Shown here: one piece after another, positions 17,759 through 26,615 of the stretch | Layout of the letters: each line of letters begins with the position of its first letter | How positions within the stretch are numbered: the stretch's first letter is position 1 | NCBI GenBank assembly: GCA_037441575.1 | Contig: JBBIRX010000005.1 | Coordinates: forward strand, 1 to 33,329 | Reading direction: 5' to 3' | Source of the DNA: Anaeromyxobacter sp. | GTDB taxonomy: Bacteria > Myxococcota > Myxococcia > Myxococcales > Anaeromyxobacteraceae | Length of the DNA: 33,329 nucleotides | The notes under the pieces: model-generated | Databases searched by the model: none | The model's input: the letters and a program-made list of their open reading frames with translations, nothing else | Told to the model about the DNA's origin: nothing | Translations under genes and position numbers: made by a program

Positions 17759-17916
17759 TCGACCCTGCGTCCCGAATCCCAGCAGCAAGGCAGCAGCAGA
17801 ATCTCTGCGAAGTCCGGCCAAACCTGGCGACCCGACGGAATCCCCGCCCTGGTCATCGCGAGTCGTTGCGAGGTCTTGCGAGCCCTGACCATCCCATGCA
17901 CGCTCCGTGAACGCCG

Positions 17917-17960
<44 letters not shown>

Positions 17961-17963
17961 AAA

Positions 17964-18010
17964 CGAAGGCCGCAGCACTCCTCGGGAAACCGAAGATGCT
18001 GCGGCTTTCG
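17964..18010 (+). terminator. Stem-loop after the tRNA fragment (probably the native tRNA-Pro terminator)
   Basis: cgaaggccgcagca / tgctgcggctttcg (14 bp, one G-U), 19-nt loop containing ctcgggaaaccg, then actttc. Confidence 0.45.
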
Positions 18011-18140
18011 ACTTTCAAGTGCGGGTTCGAGCTCAGTCGGCTCCCCCAGCCAGCCAGTCCTTCCCCTGAGCCCCGGGTCACCGCCCGCGGGGAGCTACCA
18101 CCCCTTGCAGAAAAGGCAACGTAACGTTTAGATTCGTGCG

Positions 18141-18719
18141 GTGGCGAGAAACGCAAAAAGGCCGAGCTGGGACGCGCTGTTCGCGACGGCTTCGGGCCAG
18201 GACGGCCTCTTCACGACCGAACAGGCCGCGGAGGCCGGCTACTATCATCAACTCCTCAAGCGTTACGTGGAGTTCGGCCGCGTGAGGCGGGTCCGCCGCG
18301 GGATCTACCGCCTCGTCCACTATCCGGTCGGTGAGCACGAGGAGCTCGCCGAGCTGTGGCTCTGGTCGAAGCAGTCTGGGGTGTTCTCGCACGAGACGGC
18401 GCTCTCCCTGTACGGGCTCTCCGACGTCTTGCCGAAGCGCGTCCACCTCACCGTGCCGGCGGACTGGCGGCGGAGGCGCCTGAAGGTCCCCCGGGGACTC
18501 GTGCTGCACCACGCGACCATGCGCCGTGACGAACGCTCGTGGTTCGGCGCCGTTCCCGTGACGGCGCCGGGCCGCACCCTCCTCGACTGTGCGACGACGC
18601 ACCTCTCGCCGGAGCTGCTCGCCCAGGCGTTCCAGCAAGCCCGGTCGCGCGGGCTCGTCTCGCCCGATGGCCTCGAGGAGATCGCCCGGGCCGCCGGCCT
18701 CCGCGAAATCCCGGGATGA
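18141..18719 (+). CDS. abiEi: AbiEi-family antitoxin / transcriptional regulator (type IV TA)
   Basis: The N-terminus (GLFTTEQAAEAGYYHQLLKRYVEFGRVRRVRRGIYRL) and VHLTVP... pattern are typical of AbiEi. GTG start. ATGA overlap with the next gene. Confidence 0.8.
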   Translation: MARNAKRPSWDALFATASGQDGLFTTEQAAEAGYYHQLLKRYVEFGRVRRVRRGIYRLVHYPVGEHEELAELWLWSKQSGVFSHETALSLYGLSDVLPKRVHLTVPADWRRRRLKVPRGLVLHHATMRRDERSWFGAVPVTAPGRTLLDCATTHLSPELLAQAFQQARSRGLVSPDGLEEIARAAGLREIPG

Positions 18720-19618
18720 AGCCGCGGACGTACCCCACGCCGGCGGCTTTCAAGTCCGCCCTGGACGACCGGTTGCGGAAGCAGGTCGGGTCCGGTCCCG
18801 GCATCGCCCGCCGCCGCCAGTTGCTCGTGTTCGACCGCTACCTCGCGCGGCTGGTGCGTGTCCTCGGCGACGCGGCCACGCTCAAGGGAGGACTCGTGCT
18901 CGAGCTGCGCCTCGACCGGGCGCGGACGACGCAGGACCTCGACTTGCGACTGGCCGGATCGCCCGACGGCCTGCTCTCCCGGCTCCAGGCCGCGGGGCGG
19001 CTCGACCTGGGCGACTTCATGACCTTCGAGGTCAGGGCCGACGCTCGCCACCCCGGCATCGCCGGCCCGGGCGTCCAGTATGATGGACAGCGGTTCCGCG
19101 CGGAGTGCCGTCTCGCGGGCATGCTCTACGGTCAGGCCTTCGGCGTCGATGTCGCATTCGGCGATCCCATGCTCGGCGAACCGGAGGTCATCACCGGTGA
19201 CGAGCTCCTGTCGTTTGCTGGCATCGCTGCCCCCGAGCTGCGCGTCTATCCCGTCGAGACGCACGTGGCCGAGAAGCTCCACGCGTACACGCTCCCCAGA
19301 ACGACATCCAACACCCGCGTGAAGGACCTGCCGGACCTCGCCCTGCTCGCGCAGATCGGGCCCCGTGACGCGCGGCGGTTGCGCGCGGCACTCGCGAAGA
19401 CGTTCGGGTACCGCGAGACGCATCCAGTGCCACCGCGCCTGCCGGATCCGCCGCCGGAGTGGAAGGAGCCGTACGGGGCGATGGCGGAGGAAGACGCGCT
19501 GCCCTGGGCCACGCTCGACGACGTCGCGGCGGCGGCCCGGGAATTCGTCGACCCGGTGCTCGGCTCGGACGCGGACGGAAAGTGGGATCCCGGCTCCTGG
19601 AAATGGGGTTTCACGTAG
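18716..19618 (+). CDS. abiEii: AbiEii/AbiGii-family nucleotidyltransferase toxin (DUF1814)
   Basis: ATLKGGLVLELRL...TTQDLDL nucleotidyltransferase core and VETHVAEKLHA, immediately downstream of AbiEi. Confidence 0.85.
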   Translation: MKPRTYPTPAAFKSALDDRLRKQVGSGPGIARRRQLLVFDRYLARLVRVLGDAATLKGGLVLELRLDRARTTQDLDLRLAGSPDGLLSRLQAAGRLDLGDFMTFEVRADARHPGIAGPGVQYDGQRFRAECRLAGMLYGQAFGVDVAFGDPMLGEPEVITGDELLSFAGIAAPELRVYPVETHVAEKLHAYTLPRTTSNTRVKDLPDLALLAQIGPRDARRLRAALAKTFGYRETHPVPPRLPDPPPEWKEPYGAMAEEDALPWATLDDVAAAAREFVDPVLGSDADGKWDPGSWKWGFT

Positions 19619-19919
19619 AGACGACTGCGGAGCGCGAATCGATGACGAGCACTCCGAAAGGCGCGGAAGGCGCTGTTCACCTGCCCACTGATCGCGCCCC
19701 GCCTGTTCGTCGCGTGGACCTTGAGCGGGCGGCTCGGGTCCTCCGCGCCCGCGCGGTCGAGTTGGGTCTTCTTCGCCCTGATCGCGCTCCAAGCTTGGAC
19801 TGTCGTTGAGGGAGTGCCGCTCGGCGCACGGGCAGCGATCGGGTCACGAAAGGCGCTGGATTCGCTCACCTTCTCTCACCGCAAGTATGCCTTGCGCGCA
19901 CGAAGGGGCCTGGTTAACG

Positions 19920-19937
19920 TACAACCATATGGTTGTA
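19920..19937. promoter_or_regulatory. Perfect 18-bp palindrome, candidate ArsR-family operator
   Basis: tacaaccat|atggttgta. Its centre includes the ATG (19929) of the ArsR-family gene. Confidence 0.5.
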
Positions 19938-20270
19938 GTTCAGCGCGAGAGCGACGAGGCGCTCAACCAGCTGTTCCGGGCCCTGGCTGACGGCACGCGC
20001 CGCGACATCCTGGCGCGGTCGCTCACCGAGACGCCGTCGGTATCCGCCCTGGCGGCCCGGTACCAGATGAGCTTCGCCGCCGTGCAGAAGCACGTGGCCG
20101 TGCTCGAGCGCGCCGGCCTGGTCCAGAAGCGCGCCCACGGCCGCGAGCAGCTGGTCTCCACCAACCGCGCGCGGCTCCAGCGCGCCGGCGAGCTCCTCGA
20201 CCGCTTCGAAGTCATCTGGCGCCAGCGCATGGCGCAGCTCGACGACGTTCTCCTGCCAAAAGGAAAGTGA
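19929..20270 (+). CDS. ArsR/SmtB-family transcriptional regulator
   Basis: LFRALADGTRRDILARSL...VSALAARYQMSFAAVQKHVAVLERAGLV winged HTH. No metal-binding CxC motif seen. Confidence 0.85.
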   Translation: MVVVQRESDEALNQLFRALADGTRRDILARSLTETPSVSALAARYQMSFAAVQKHVAVLERAGLVQKRAHGREQLVSTNRARLQRAGELLDRFEVIWRQRMAQLDDVLLPKGK

Positions 20271-20767
20271 ACATGCCGCTGACCTCCGTCACCAAGGACC
20301 CCGCCGCGCTCACCCTCACCGTGGTGGGTGACTATCCCGTCCCTCAGCAGCGCCTGTGGGACGCCTTCGCCGACCCCCGCCAGCTCGAGCGCTTCTGGGG
20401 ACCGCCCACCTGGCCGGCCACCTTCACGCGCCATGACCTGCGGGTCGGCGGCCGCGCCGAGTACTTCCTCGCCGGGCCGAACGGGGAGCGGTGGAACGGC
20501 TCCTGGAAGTTCATTGCGGTGAACCCCATCAGCTCGTTCGAGGCGTGCGACGGCGAGGACAACGCCGAGGACGAGGACATGCCGGCGGCCATGACCTTCG
20601 CCTTCCAGTCGACGCCGACGGGCTCGCGCCTCACCATCGTCACCCGCTTCTCGAGCCTCGAGGCCATGGAGCAGACCATTCCAGGCATGGAGCAGGGGCT
20701 CCGCGCGGCCATGCCCCAGCTCGACGCGCTGCTGTCCGAAAGGATCGCCTCGGCCGCTCAGGCCTGA
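20267..20767 (+). CDS. SRPBCC / AHSA1-domain protein
   Basis: LWDAFADPRQLERFWGPPTWPATFTRHDLRVGGRAEYFL is typical of Aha1-like SRPBCC proteins, which often pair with ArsR regulators. 4-nt overlap with the regulator gene. Confidence 0.8.
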   Translation: MNMPLTSVTKDPAALTLTVVGDYPVPQQRLWDAFADPRQLERFWGPPTWPATFTRHDLRVGGRAEYFLAGPNGERWNGSWKFIAVNPISSFEACDGEDNAEDEDMPAAMTFAFQSTPTGSRLTIVTRFSSLEAMEQTIPGMEQGLRAAMPQLDALLSERIASAAQA

Positions 20768-20886
20768 CGCCACCGGGTGCGCGCGCCGCCCAGGCGGCCT
20801 CGTGCCCACACCCCGCGCAGGAACCTTTTACCGGGCTCGCTCACCCGAGCGACGCCGCACGCAACGCCAACCAGGAGGAGCAAGTC

Positions 20887-21297
20887 ATGAAGAACACGAT
20901 CGCGTACCTGCACTTCAACGGAACCTGTCGCGCCGCCATGACCTTCTACCGCGAGTGCTTCGGCGGCGAGCTCGAGGTGATGGCCTACCCCGAGGCCTCC
21001 GGCAAGCCGAACACCGATCCGAAGGCGCCGGTGCAGCACAGCATGATCGCCCAGGGCGGCCGGGCGCAGCTCATGGCGTCCGACTACCCGCCCGGCGCGG
21101 GCGCGTCGAGCCGGGGCAACAACTTCTCGGTGTTCCTCGACTGCAGCTCGAGCGGCGAGCTCGAGAAGCTGTTCAAGGCGCTCTCGCGAGACGGCAAGGT
21201 CACCGTGCCACCCAGCGACATACCCTCCGGACGCTTCGGCATGTGCGACGACTCGTTCGGCGTGTCCTGGATCCTCAACTGCGCGCGGGCCGGCTGA
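20887..21297 (+). CDS. VOC/glyoxalase-superfamily protein (PhnB-like)
   Basis: IAYLHFNGTCRAAMTFYRECFGGEL...RFGMCDDSFGVSWIL. AGGAGG lies 6 nt upstream of the ATG. Confidence 0.8.
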   Translation: MKNTIAYLHFNGTCRAAMTFYRECFGGELEVMAYPEASGKPNTDPKAPVQHSMIAQGGRAQLMASDYPPGAGASSRGNNFSVFLDCSSSGELEKLFKALSRDGKVTVPPSDIPSGRFGMCDDSFGVSWILNCARAG

Positions 21298-21312
21298 ACG
21301 CGGAGGGCGCGC

Positions 21313-21349
21313 CTGGCCAGGCAGGGGGACGATGCCCCCTGACGGCCAG
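21313..21349. terminator. GC-rich hairpin between convergent genes
   Basis: Outer stem ctggcc/ggccag, inner stem caggggg/ccccctg. No clear T tract. Confidence 0.3.
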
Positions 21350-21356
21350 GCCGGTC

Positions 21357-22106
21357 TCAGCGCCGCCCGCCCAGCCGGTCCAGCGCGGCCAGCACGTCCG
21401 CCGGCTCCGCCCGCTTCTTGTAGTCTGCGTCGAGGAACGCGTAGGCCACCCCGCCGTCCCGGCCCACCACGTAGGTGGCGGAGAGCGGCAGCTCGGCCTT
21501 CTCCGTGCCGTAGTACTTCGACAGCTCGAGGCCGTTGGAGGCCATCATCCCGGCGACGCCGCGGGGAACCTCGTAGACCACGCCGAACTGCCTGGCCACC
21601 CGGTACCCCGGGTCGGAGAGCACCGTGAAGGTGGCCTCGGTCTTCCTGACGACCGCGCCGGTGCGATCCGGCGGCTCGCCGGAGATGGCCACCAGGGTGG
21701 CGCCGCGGCGCTGCAGCTCGGGGAGGTAGCGCTGCCAGGCGTGCAGGTACAGGTTGCAGTATGGGCACCACGCCCCGCGGTAGAAGACCACCACCAGCGG
21801 ACCCCTGGAGAGGAGCGCCGCGCTCGAGACCTGTCGGCCCTCCGCATCGCCCAGGGTGAAGGCCGGCATCCGCCCGCCCACGCCGAGGGCGGTCTTCAGG
21901 ATCCCCGACGCCGCCACCTCCTCGATCCCCTTGTGGCTGACGGACACCACCTCGGGACTGGCGTGGCGCCCCATCTCCTCGGCGCGGGCGCGCAGCTCCG
22001 ACTCCACCGGGCGTCCGGACGGCGAGGCGTCCGCGGCGCGGGCCGGTGCGGCCAGGGACATGGCCGCGGTCAAGGCGATGAGCGAAGCGTGGAAGGTCCT
22101 GGTCAT
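21357..22106 (-). CDS. Secreted thioredoxin-fold protein (AhpC/TSA redoxin family)
   Basis: Signal peptide [24 protein letters not shown], redox motif [11 protein letters not shown]. Only the C-terminal 249 codons of the 792-aa ORF are credible. Confidence 0.8.
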   Translation of the reverse strand: MTRTFHASLIALTAAMSLAAPARAADASPSGRPVESELRARAEEMGRHASPEVVSVSHKGIEEVAASGILKTALGVGGRMPAFTLGDAEGRQVSSAALLSRGPLVVVFYRGAWCPYCNLYLHAWQRYLPELQRRGATLVAISGEPPDRTGAVVRKTEATFTVLSDPGYRVARQFGVVYEVPRGVAGMMASNGLELSKYYGTEKAELPLSATYVVGRDGGVAYAFLDADYKKRAEPADVLAALDRLGGRR

Positions 22107-22321
22107 CGGGTGGCTCCTGGTGGTCCCCTGGCTGGGCTGTCCGGGAGCCGTCGCCGGGGATGGCGCGCACGGCCCGAAGCTGGTCGGCGGCGGCTCGGCC
22201 GAACAGTCCTGTGCCGACGCCGCACCTGGCCGGGCATTACGGGAGGCCCCTATCGGGCCGACGCCTGGCGAGCGTTCCACCCGCCGCGCCATTTCACGGA
22301 CTGCTCGGAGCTCCCGCGTCA

Positions 22322-22933
22322 TCAGGTTTCGGCACTCCTTCGGGACGTGCCCCCCAGGGCAATCCCGGCCTCCGAGAGCACCGGGCCGACCAGCCGGTGG
22401 TAGAGCGCGTCGAGCGCCTCCGGCTCCGGCGGGCCCTTCGACTCGAGCGCCCAGGTGAGCAGCTCGAGCAGGGCCCCGCCGGCGAAGGCGGCGAGGGCCT
22501 CGACCGGCACGCCCCGGACCGGCCACCCCGTCAGGTCGTCGCGCGCCAGCCCGATCACCAGCGCCCGGAAGCGCCCCTGGACGAAGTGGCCGCTCCGCCT
22601 GCCGACGATGGCCCGGAAGACGCGCCGGTAGGAGAGGCCGTGCTCGATGAGGCCGCGGGTGAAGGCCAGCGGGCGTCGCCGCTCGCCGCCCGGAGCGCCA
22701 AGCCCGGCCAGCAGCGTCCGGCGCAGGTCCTCGAAGCTGCCCGAGACCAGCTCCTCCTTGTCGGCGAAGTGCGTGTAGAAGGTCGACCGCCCCACGTTGG
22801 CGCGGTCGCAGACGTCCTGCACGCTGAAGCCGTCCCAGCCCCGCTCGGCCAGGAGCGCGACCAGCGCCTCGCGGAGCGCGGCGCGCGTGCGCTGGACCCG
22901 GCGATCGCCGGTGCTCGGCTGCTTCACCCCCAT
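22322..22933 (-). CDS. TetR/AcrR-family transcriptional regulator
   Basis: N-terminal [30 protein letters not shown]. Divergent from the ABC pump genes. Confidence 0.9.
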   Translation of the reverse strand: MGVKQPSTGDRRVQRTRAALREALVALLAERGWDGFSVQDVCDRANVGRSTFYTHFADKEELVSGSFEDLRRTLLAGLGAPGGERRRPLAFTRGLIEHGLSYRRVFRAIVGRRSGHFVQGRFRALVIGLARDDLTGWPVRGVPVEALAAFAGGALLELLTWALESKGPPEPEALDALYHRLVGPVLSEAGIALGGTSRRSAET

Positions 22934-23025
22934 GGAGCGCCTCCGTTCCTGGACAGTCGGCGGTCCGCTGTCCGGTACCGGTCACCTGGCCACCGGGTGT
23001 CGATGGCGGGACGGCCGGGAGCTGC

Positions 23026-23048
23026 GTACTAGACATCATGTCCAGTAC
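23026..23048. promoter_or_regulatory. Candidate TetR operator (23-bp imperfect palindrome)
   Basis: gtactagacat-c-atgtccagtac, one mismatch between arms, in the TetR/ABC divergent intergenic region. Confidence 0.4.
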
Positions 23049-23064
23049 CGAACGAGGTGTCCAC

Positions 23065-23772
23065 ATGATCGAGCTCCGCAGCGTCTCCAAGCAGTACCCC
23101 GCCGAGGGCGGCGGCTTCACCGCCCTCCGGCACGTCGACCTCCGCGTCGGCCAGGGCGCCTTCGTGGCCGTGGTCGGCAAGTCCGGGAGCGGGAAGTCCA
23201 CGCTCCTCAACCTGGTCGCCGGCATCGACCGCCCCAGCGCCGGCGAGGTCGTGGTCGGCGCCACCCCGGTCCACGCCCTCGACGAGGGCCGCCTCGCCGC
23301 CTGGCGCGGCCGGAACGTCGGGGTGGTCTTCCAGTCGTTCCAGCTCCTCCCCACGCTCACGGTCCTCGAGAACGTGGTGCTGCCCATGGACCTCTGCGCC
23401 ACCTTCCCGCCGCGGGAGGCGCGCCAGCGCGCCCTCTCCCTCCTCGAGCGCGTCGGCATCGCCGAGCAGGCCGGGAAGCTCCCCGCCGCGCTGTCGGGCG
23501 GCCAGCAGCAGCGCGCCGCCATCGCCCGGGCGCTCGCCAACGACCCGCCGGTGGTGGTGGCCGACGAGCCGACCGGCAACCTCGACTCGCGCACCGCCGA
23601 CGACGTCCTCGCCCTCCTCGCCGCCACCGCGGGGGGCAACCGGACCGTCCTCATGGTGACGCACGAGCGGGACGTGGCCGGCCTGGTCGACCGGGTGATC
23701 ACCCTGGCCGACGGCCGCGTGGTCGGTGACGCCACGGGCGGCCGCGGCCGCAGGGAGGTGGCCCATGGCTAG
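23065..23772 (+). CDS. ABC transporter ATP-binding protein (MacB/LolD-like)
   Basis: Walker [10 protein letters not shown], signature LSGGQQQR, Walker [16 protein letters not shown] 23065 (MIELRSVSK) follows GAGGTG. ATG 23038 is an alternative start inside the palindrome. Confidence 0.9.
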   Translation: MIELRSVSKQYPAEGGGFTALRHVDLRVGQGAFVAVVGKSGSGKSTLLNLVAGIDRPSAGEVVVGATPVHALDEGRLAAWRGRNVGVVFQSFQLLPTLTVLENVVLPMDLCATFPPREARQRALSLLERVGIAEQAGKLPAALSGGQQQRAAIARALANDPPVVVADEPTGNLDSRTADDVLALLAATAGGNRTVLMVTHERDVAGLVDRVITLADGRVVGDATGGRGRREVAHG

Positions 23773-26140
23773 CCCGCGCTGGACCAAGCTGCTGCGCGAC
23801 GCCCGCGCCGAGCGGGGCCGGCTGGCGCTCATGATCGCCGCCATCGCGGTCAGCCTCACCGGCGTGGGCGCGGTCCTGGGCGGCTACGCCGTCCTGACAC
23901 GCGAGATCGCGGTGAACTACCTCGGCACCAGGCCCGCCGCGGCCACGCTGGAGCTCCCCGGCGGCGCCGACCGGGCCCTCGCCGAGCAGGTGCGCCAGCG
24001 CCCCGGCGTGGCCGACGCCGAGCCGCGCGAGGTGCTGGTGGCCCGCGCCCAGGTCGGCGGTGAGTGGCGCAAGCTCCTCCTCTTCGTGGTCGACGACTTC
24101 GCCGGCGTCCGGCTCAACCGCTTCCGGCCGGAGCGCGGCGCCTGGCCCCCGCCCGACGGCACCATGCTGGTCGAGCGGAGCGCCCTCGGCATGCTCGCCA
24201 CCGAGCTCGGCGGGCGCGTCGAGGTGAAGACGCCGCACGGCCCGCTCCAGGCCGTGACCGTCTCGGGCGTGGTCCACGACCCGAGCCTGGCGCCGGCCTG
24301 GCAGGAGCGCTGCGGCTACGGCTACGTCTCGCGCGCCACGCTGGCGGCGCTGGGCGAGCCGCCGGTCCTCGGCGAGCTCCGGGTCGCCTTCGCCGGGGAG
24401 CCGCGCGACGTCCGCGAGGTCGAGGCCCGCGCCGCCGAGGTGGCCTCGTGGCTGGGGGCGCGGGGCCACCCGGTGACCGAGTTCCAGGTCCCCCCGCCCG
24501 GCCAGCACCCGCACCAGCGCCAGATGGTCACCATCCTGGTGATGATGCTGGCCTTCGCCACCATGGCGCTGCACCTCTCCGCCGTGCTGGTGGCCAGCGC
24601 CATGACCGCGCTGCTGGCGCGGCAGGTCCGCGAGATCGCGGTCCTGAAGACGCTCGGGGCCAGCACCTGGCAGGTGGCCCGGCTCTACGCCGCCTTCGTC
24701 GGGCTGGCCGGCGCCGCCGCGGTGGCCCTGGCGATCCCCGCCGGCCTCCTCGGCGCGCGCGGGCTCTCCGCCTCGATCGCCCACCTCCTCAACTTCGACC
24801 TGACCAGCCAGGCCGTCCCGGCCTGGGTCTTCCTGGTGCAGGCGGCCACCGGGGTGGGCGTCCCGCTGCTGGTCTCGGCCATCCCCATCGGGCTCGCCGC
24901 CCGCCGCACGGTCCGGGCCACCCTCGACGATCACGGCGCCACCACCGGCGCGCTCCCCGCCGCCCTGGCGTGGCTCCCCCTCCCGCTGCGGAACGCCCTG
25001 CGTCGCCCCGCGCGCCTGGCGCTGTCGCTGGGGCTCCTCGCCGCCGGCGGCGCCATGTCCGTGTCGGCCATCCAGGTGGAGCGCGGCTGGGAGGCCAACG
25101 TCGCCAAGGTCTACGCGACCCGGAGCTACGACGTCGAGGTGGTGCTGAACGCGCCCGCCACCATGGACCTCGCGGCCAGGGTGGCGCAGGCCGGAGGCGT
25201 GCGCGGCGCGGAGCTCTGGGGGTATGCCCCGGCCGCCTTCTCGCGGCCCGGCGCCATCGACGTGGTCCGCACCTATCCGGATCGCGGCCACGGCTCGCTC
25301 TTCGCCATGGGGATCCCGCCCGAGACCGGGCTCGTCCACTTCCCGCTGCTCGCCGGCCGGTGGCTCCGCGCCGAGGATCGCGGCACCGGCGCCCTGGTGC
25401 TCAACCACGGCGCGGCCCAGCTCTCGGGCAAGCGGGTCGGCGACGAGGTGACCGTCTCCATCGGCGGCCGCCCGAGCACATGGCACGTGGTCGGCGTCGT
25501 GGAGGAGATCGGGGCCGCCGGCGTGGTCTACGCAGCCGACTCGGCCTTCGGCGCCGCGGCCGGAACGCCCGGGCAGGGCCGGCTCCTCCGCGTCCGCACC
25601 TCGGCCGCGTCCCCGGCCGGCCGGGCCGACGCCATCCGCGCCATCGAGGCGGCGCTGGGCGGGGCCGGGGCCTCGGTCCAGTCGGTGCTGCCCCTCGCCG
25701 AGCTGCGCACCGCCATGGGGGATCACGTCCTCGTGTTGGTACGGATGCTCGAGGCCCTGGCCGGCATCCTCGGGCTGGTGGGGCTGCTCGGGCTGGTGTC
25801 GGCCATGAGCGTGAGCGTGGTCGAGCGGACGCGCGAGCTGGCGGTGATGAAGACGCTGGGCGCCACGCCGGCCCGCCTGGCGCGTCTGCTGCTCGCCGAG
25901 GCGCTGGCCATCGCCGGGCTCGCCTACGTGGCGGGCTGCGCGCTCTCGGTTCCGCTCACGCTCCTCGTCGACCGGATCGTGGGGAACCTCGGCTTCCTGG
26001 CGCCGCTGCCGCTGGTCCTCTCGCCCGGCGCGGCCGGGGCCTGGCTCGCCATCGGCGCCGCCGGCACCGTCCTCGCCACCGTGATCCCGGCGCGGCGGGC
26101 GGCCGGCCTCTCGATCCGCGAGGCCCTGGGGCGCACCTGA
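23765..26140 (+). CDS. ABC transporter permease with two FtsX-type domains (MacB family)
   Basis: 791 aa, N-terminal TM segment followed by a large extracytoplasmic domain, this arrangement repeated. FtsX-like helices ([11 protein letters not shown]..., [11 protein letters not shown]...). Start overlaps the ATPase stop (ATGGCTAG). Confidence 0.85.
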   Translation: MASPRWTKLLRDARAERGRLALMIAAIAVSLTGVGAVLGGYAVLTREIAVNYLGTRPAAATLELPGGADRALAEQVRQRPGVADAEPREVLVARAQVGGEWRKLLLFVVDDFAGVRLNRFRPERGAWPPPDGTMLVERSALGMLATELGGRVEVKTPHGPLQAVTVSGVVHDPSLAPAWQERCGYGYVSRATLAALGEPPVLGELRVAFAGEPRDVREVEARAAEVASWLGARGHPVTEFQVPPPGQHPHQRQMVTILVMMLAFATMALHLSAVLVASAMTALLARQVREIAVLKTLGASTWQVARLYAAFVGLAGAAAVALAIPAGLLGARGLSASIAHLLNFDLTSQAVPAWVFLVQAATGVGVPLLVSAIPIGLAARRTVRATLDDHGATTGALPAALAWLPLPLRNALRRPARLALSLGLLAAGGAMSVSAIQVERGWEANVAKVYATRSYDVEVVLNAPATMDLAARVAQAGGVRGAELWGYAPAAFSRPGAIDVVRTYPDRGHGSLFAMGIPPETGLVHFPLLAGRWLRAEDRGTGALVLNHGAAQLSGKRVGDEVTVSIGGRPSTWHVVGVVEEIGAAGVVYAADSAFGAAAGTPGQGRLLRVRTSAASPAGRADAIRAIEAALGGAGASVQSVLPLAELRTAMGDHVLVLVRMLEALAGILGLVGLLGLVSAMSVSVVERTRELAVMKTLGATPARLARLLLAEALAIAGLAYVAGCALSVPLTLLVDRIVGNLGFLAPLPLVLSPGAAGAWLAIGAAGTVLATVIPARRAAGLSIREALGRT

Positions 26141-26615
26141 GGGGGCCGGGGCACGACGATTTCACCAGTGGCGCCATGGCGGCGAAGGGGGTGGGCGCCA
26201 CCCTGCGAAGTCCGTCACCCCGGCCAGTTCGTGGCCGCAACACCTCACGTGGAACCGGTGAGGCTGCGGCCATCGCCCTTCCGGGGAGCCTCGGCGCTCC
26301 GCCACCATCGGGCGCGCCAATTGTGTCCGGTACCGTCCGCCAGGCCCTCGAGCCAGCCCCGTCACTCCGCGCACGGCTCCGACACCCACACCGTTCCGCT
26401 GACGGTGAAGCTGTAGCCACCGGTCAGTGGGACCTTGGTGCCCACGGGCGCGGCGGAGCCGGTGCGACTCCACGTGCCCGCCACCGGGTCGTGGAGCGCG
26501 GCGTGGGTACGATGCCCGGCCCGCGAGGCCCGGGGCGTCGACGTCGCAGGAGCACCGGAGCGGTGGGCCGAGCGTCCGCGGAGCCGGCGCCTCCTCTCGC
26601 CGACCAGGGCCGGCG

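Noticed and set aside
19246-19869. ORFs in the spacer after abiEii (19246..19869 minus, 19459..19809 plus, 19721..19990 plus)
   Set aside because: They have no RBS and no recognisable motifs, they overlap one another, and their composition is like the shadow ORFs. I leave the stretch as unexplained non-coding sequence.
22107-23735. Upstream 543 codons of the 792-aa minus-strand ORF
   Set aside because: This part is antisense to or overlapping the TetR and ABC ATPase genes, with junk composition. The redoxin signal peptide starts at 22106.
26362-26500. Start-less minus-strand reading frame ending ...HDPVAGTWSRTGSAAPVGTKVPLTGGYSFTVSGTVWVSEPCAE
   Set aside because: The last ~45 codons look protein-like, but there is no start codon or RBS and the upstream continuation is Arg-rich junk. 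It could be a gene remnant, but the evidence is too weak to call.
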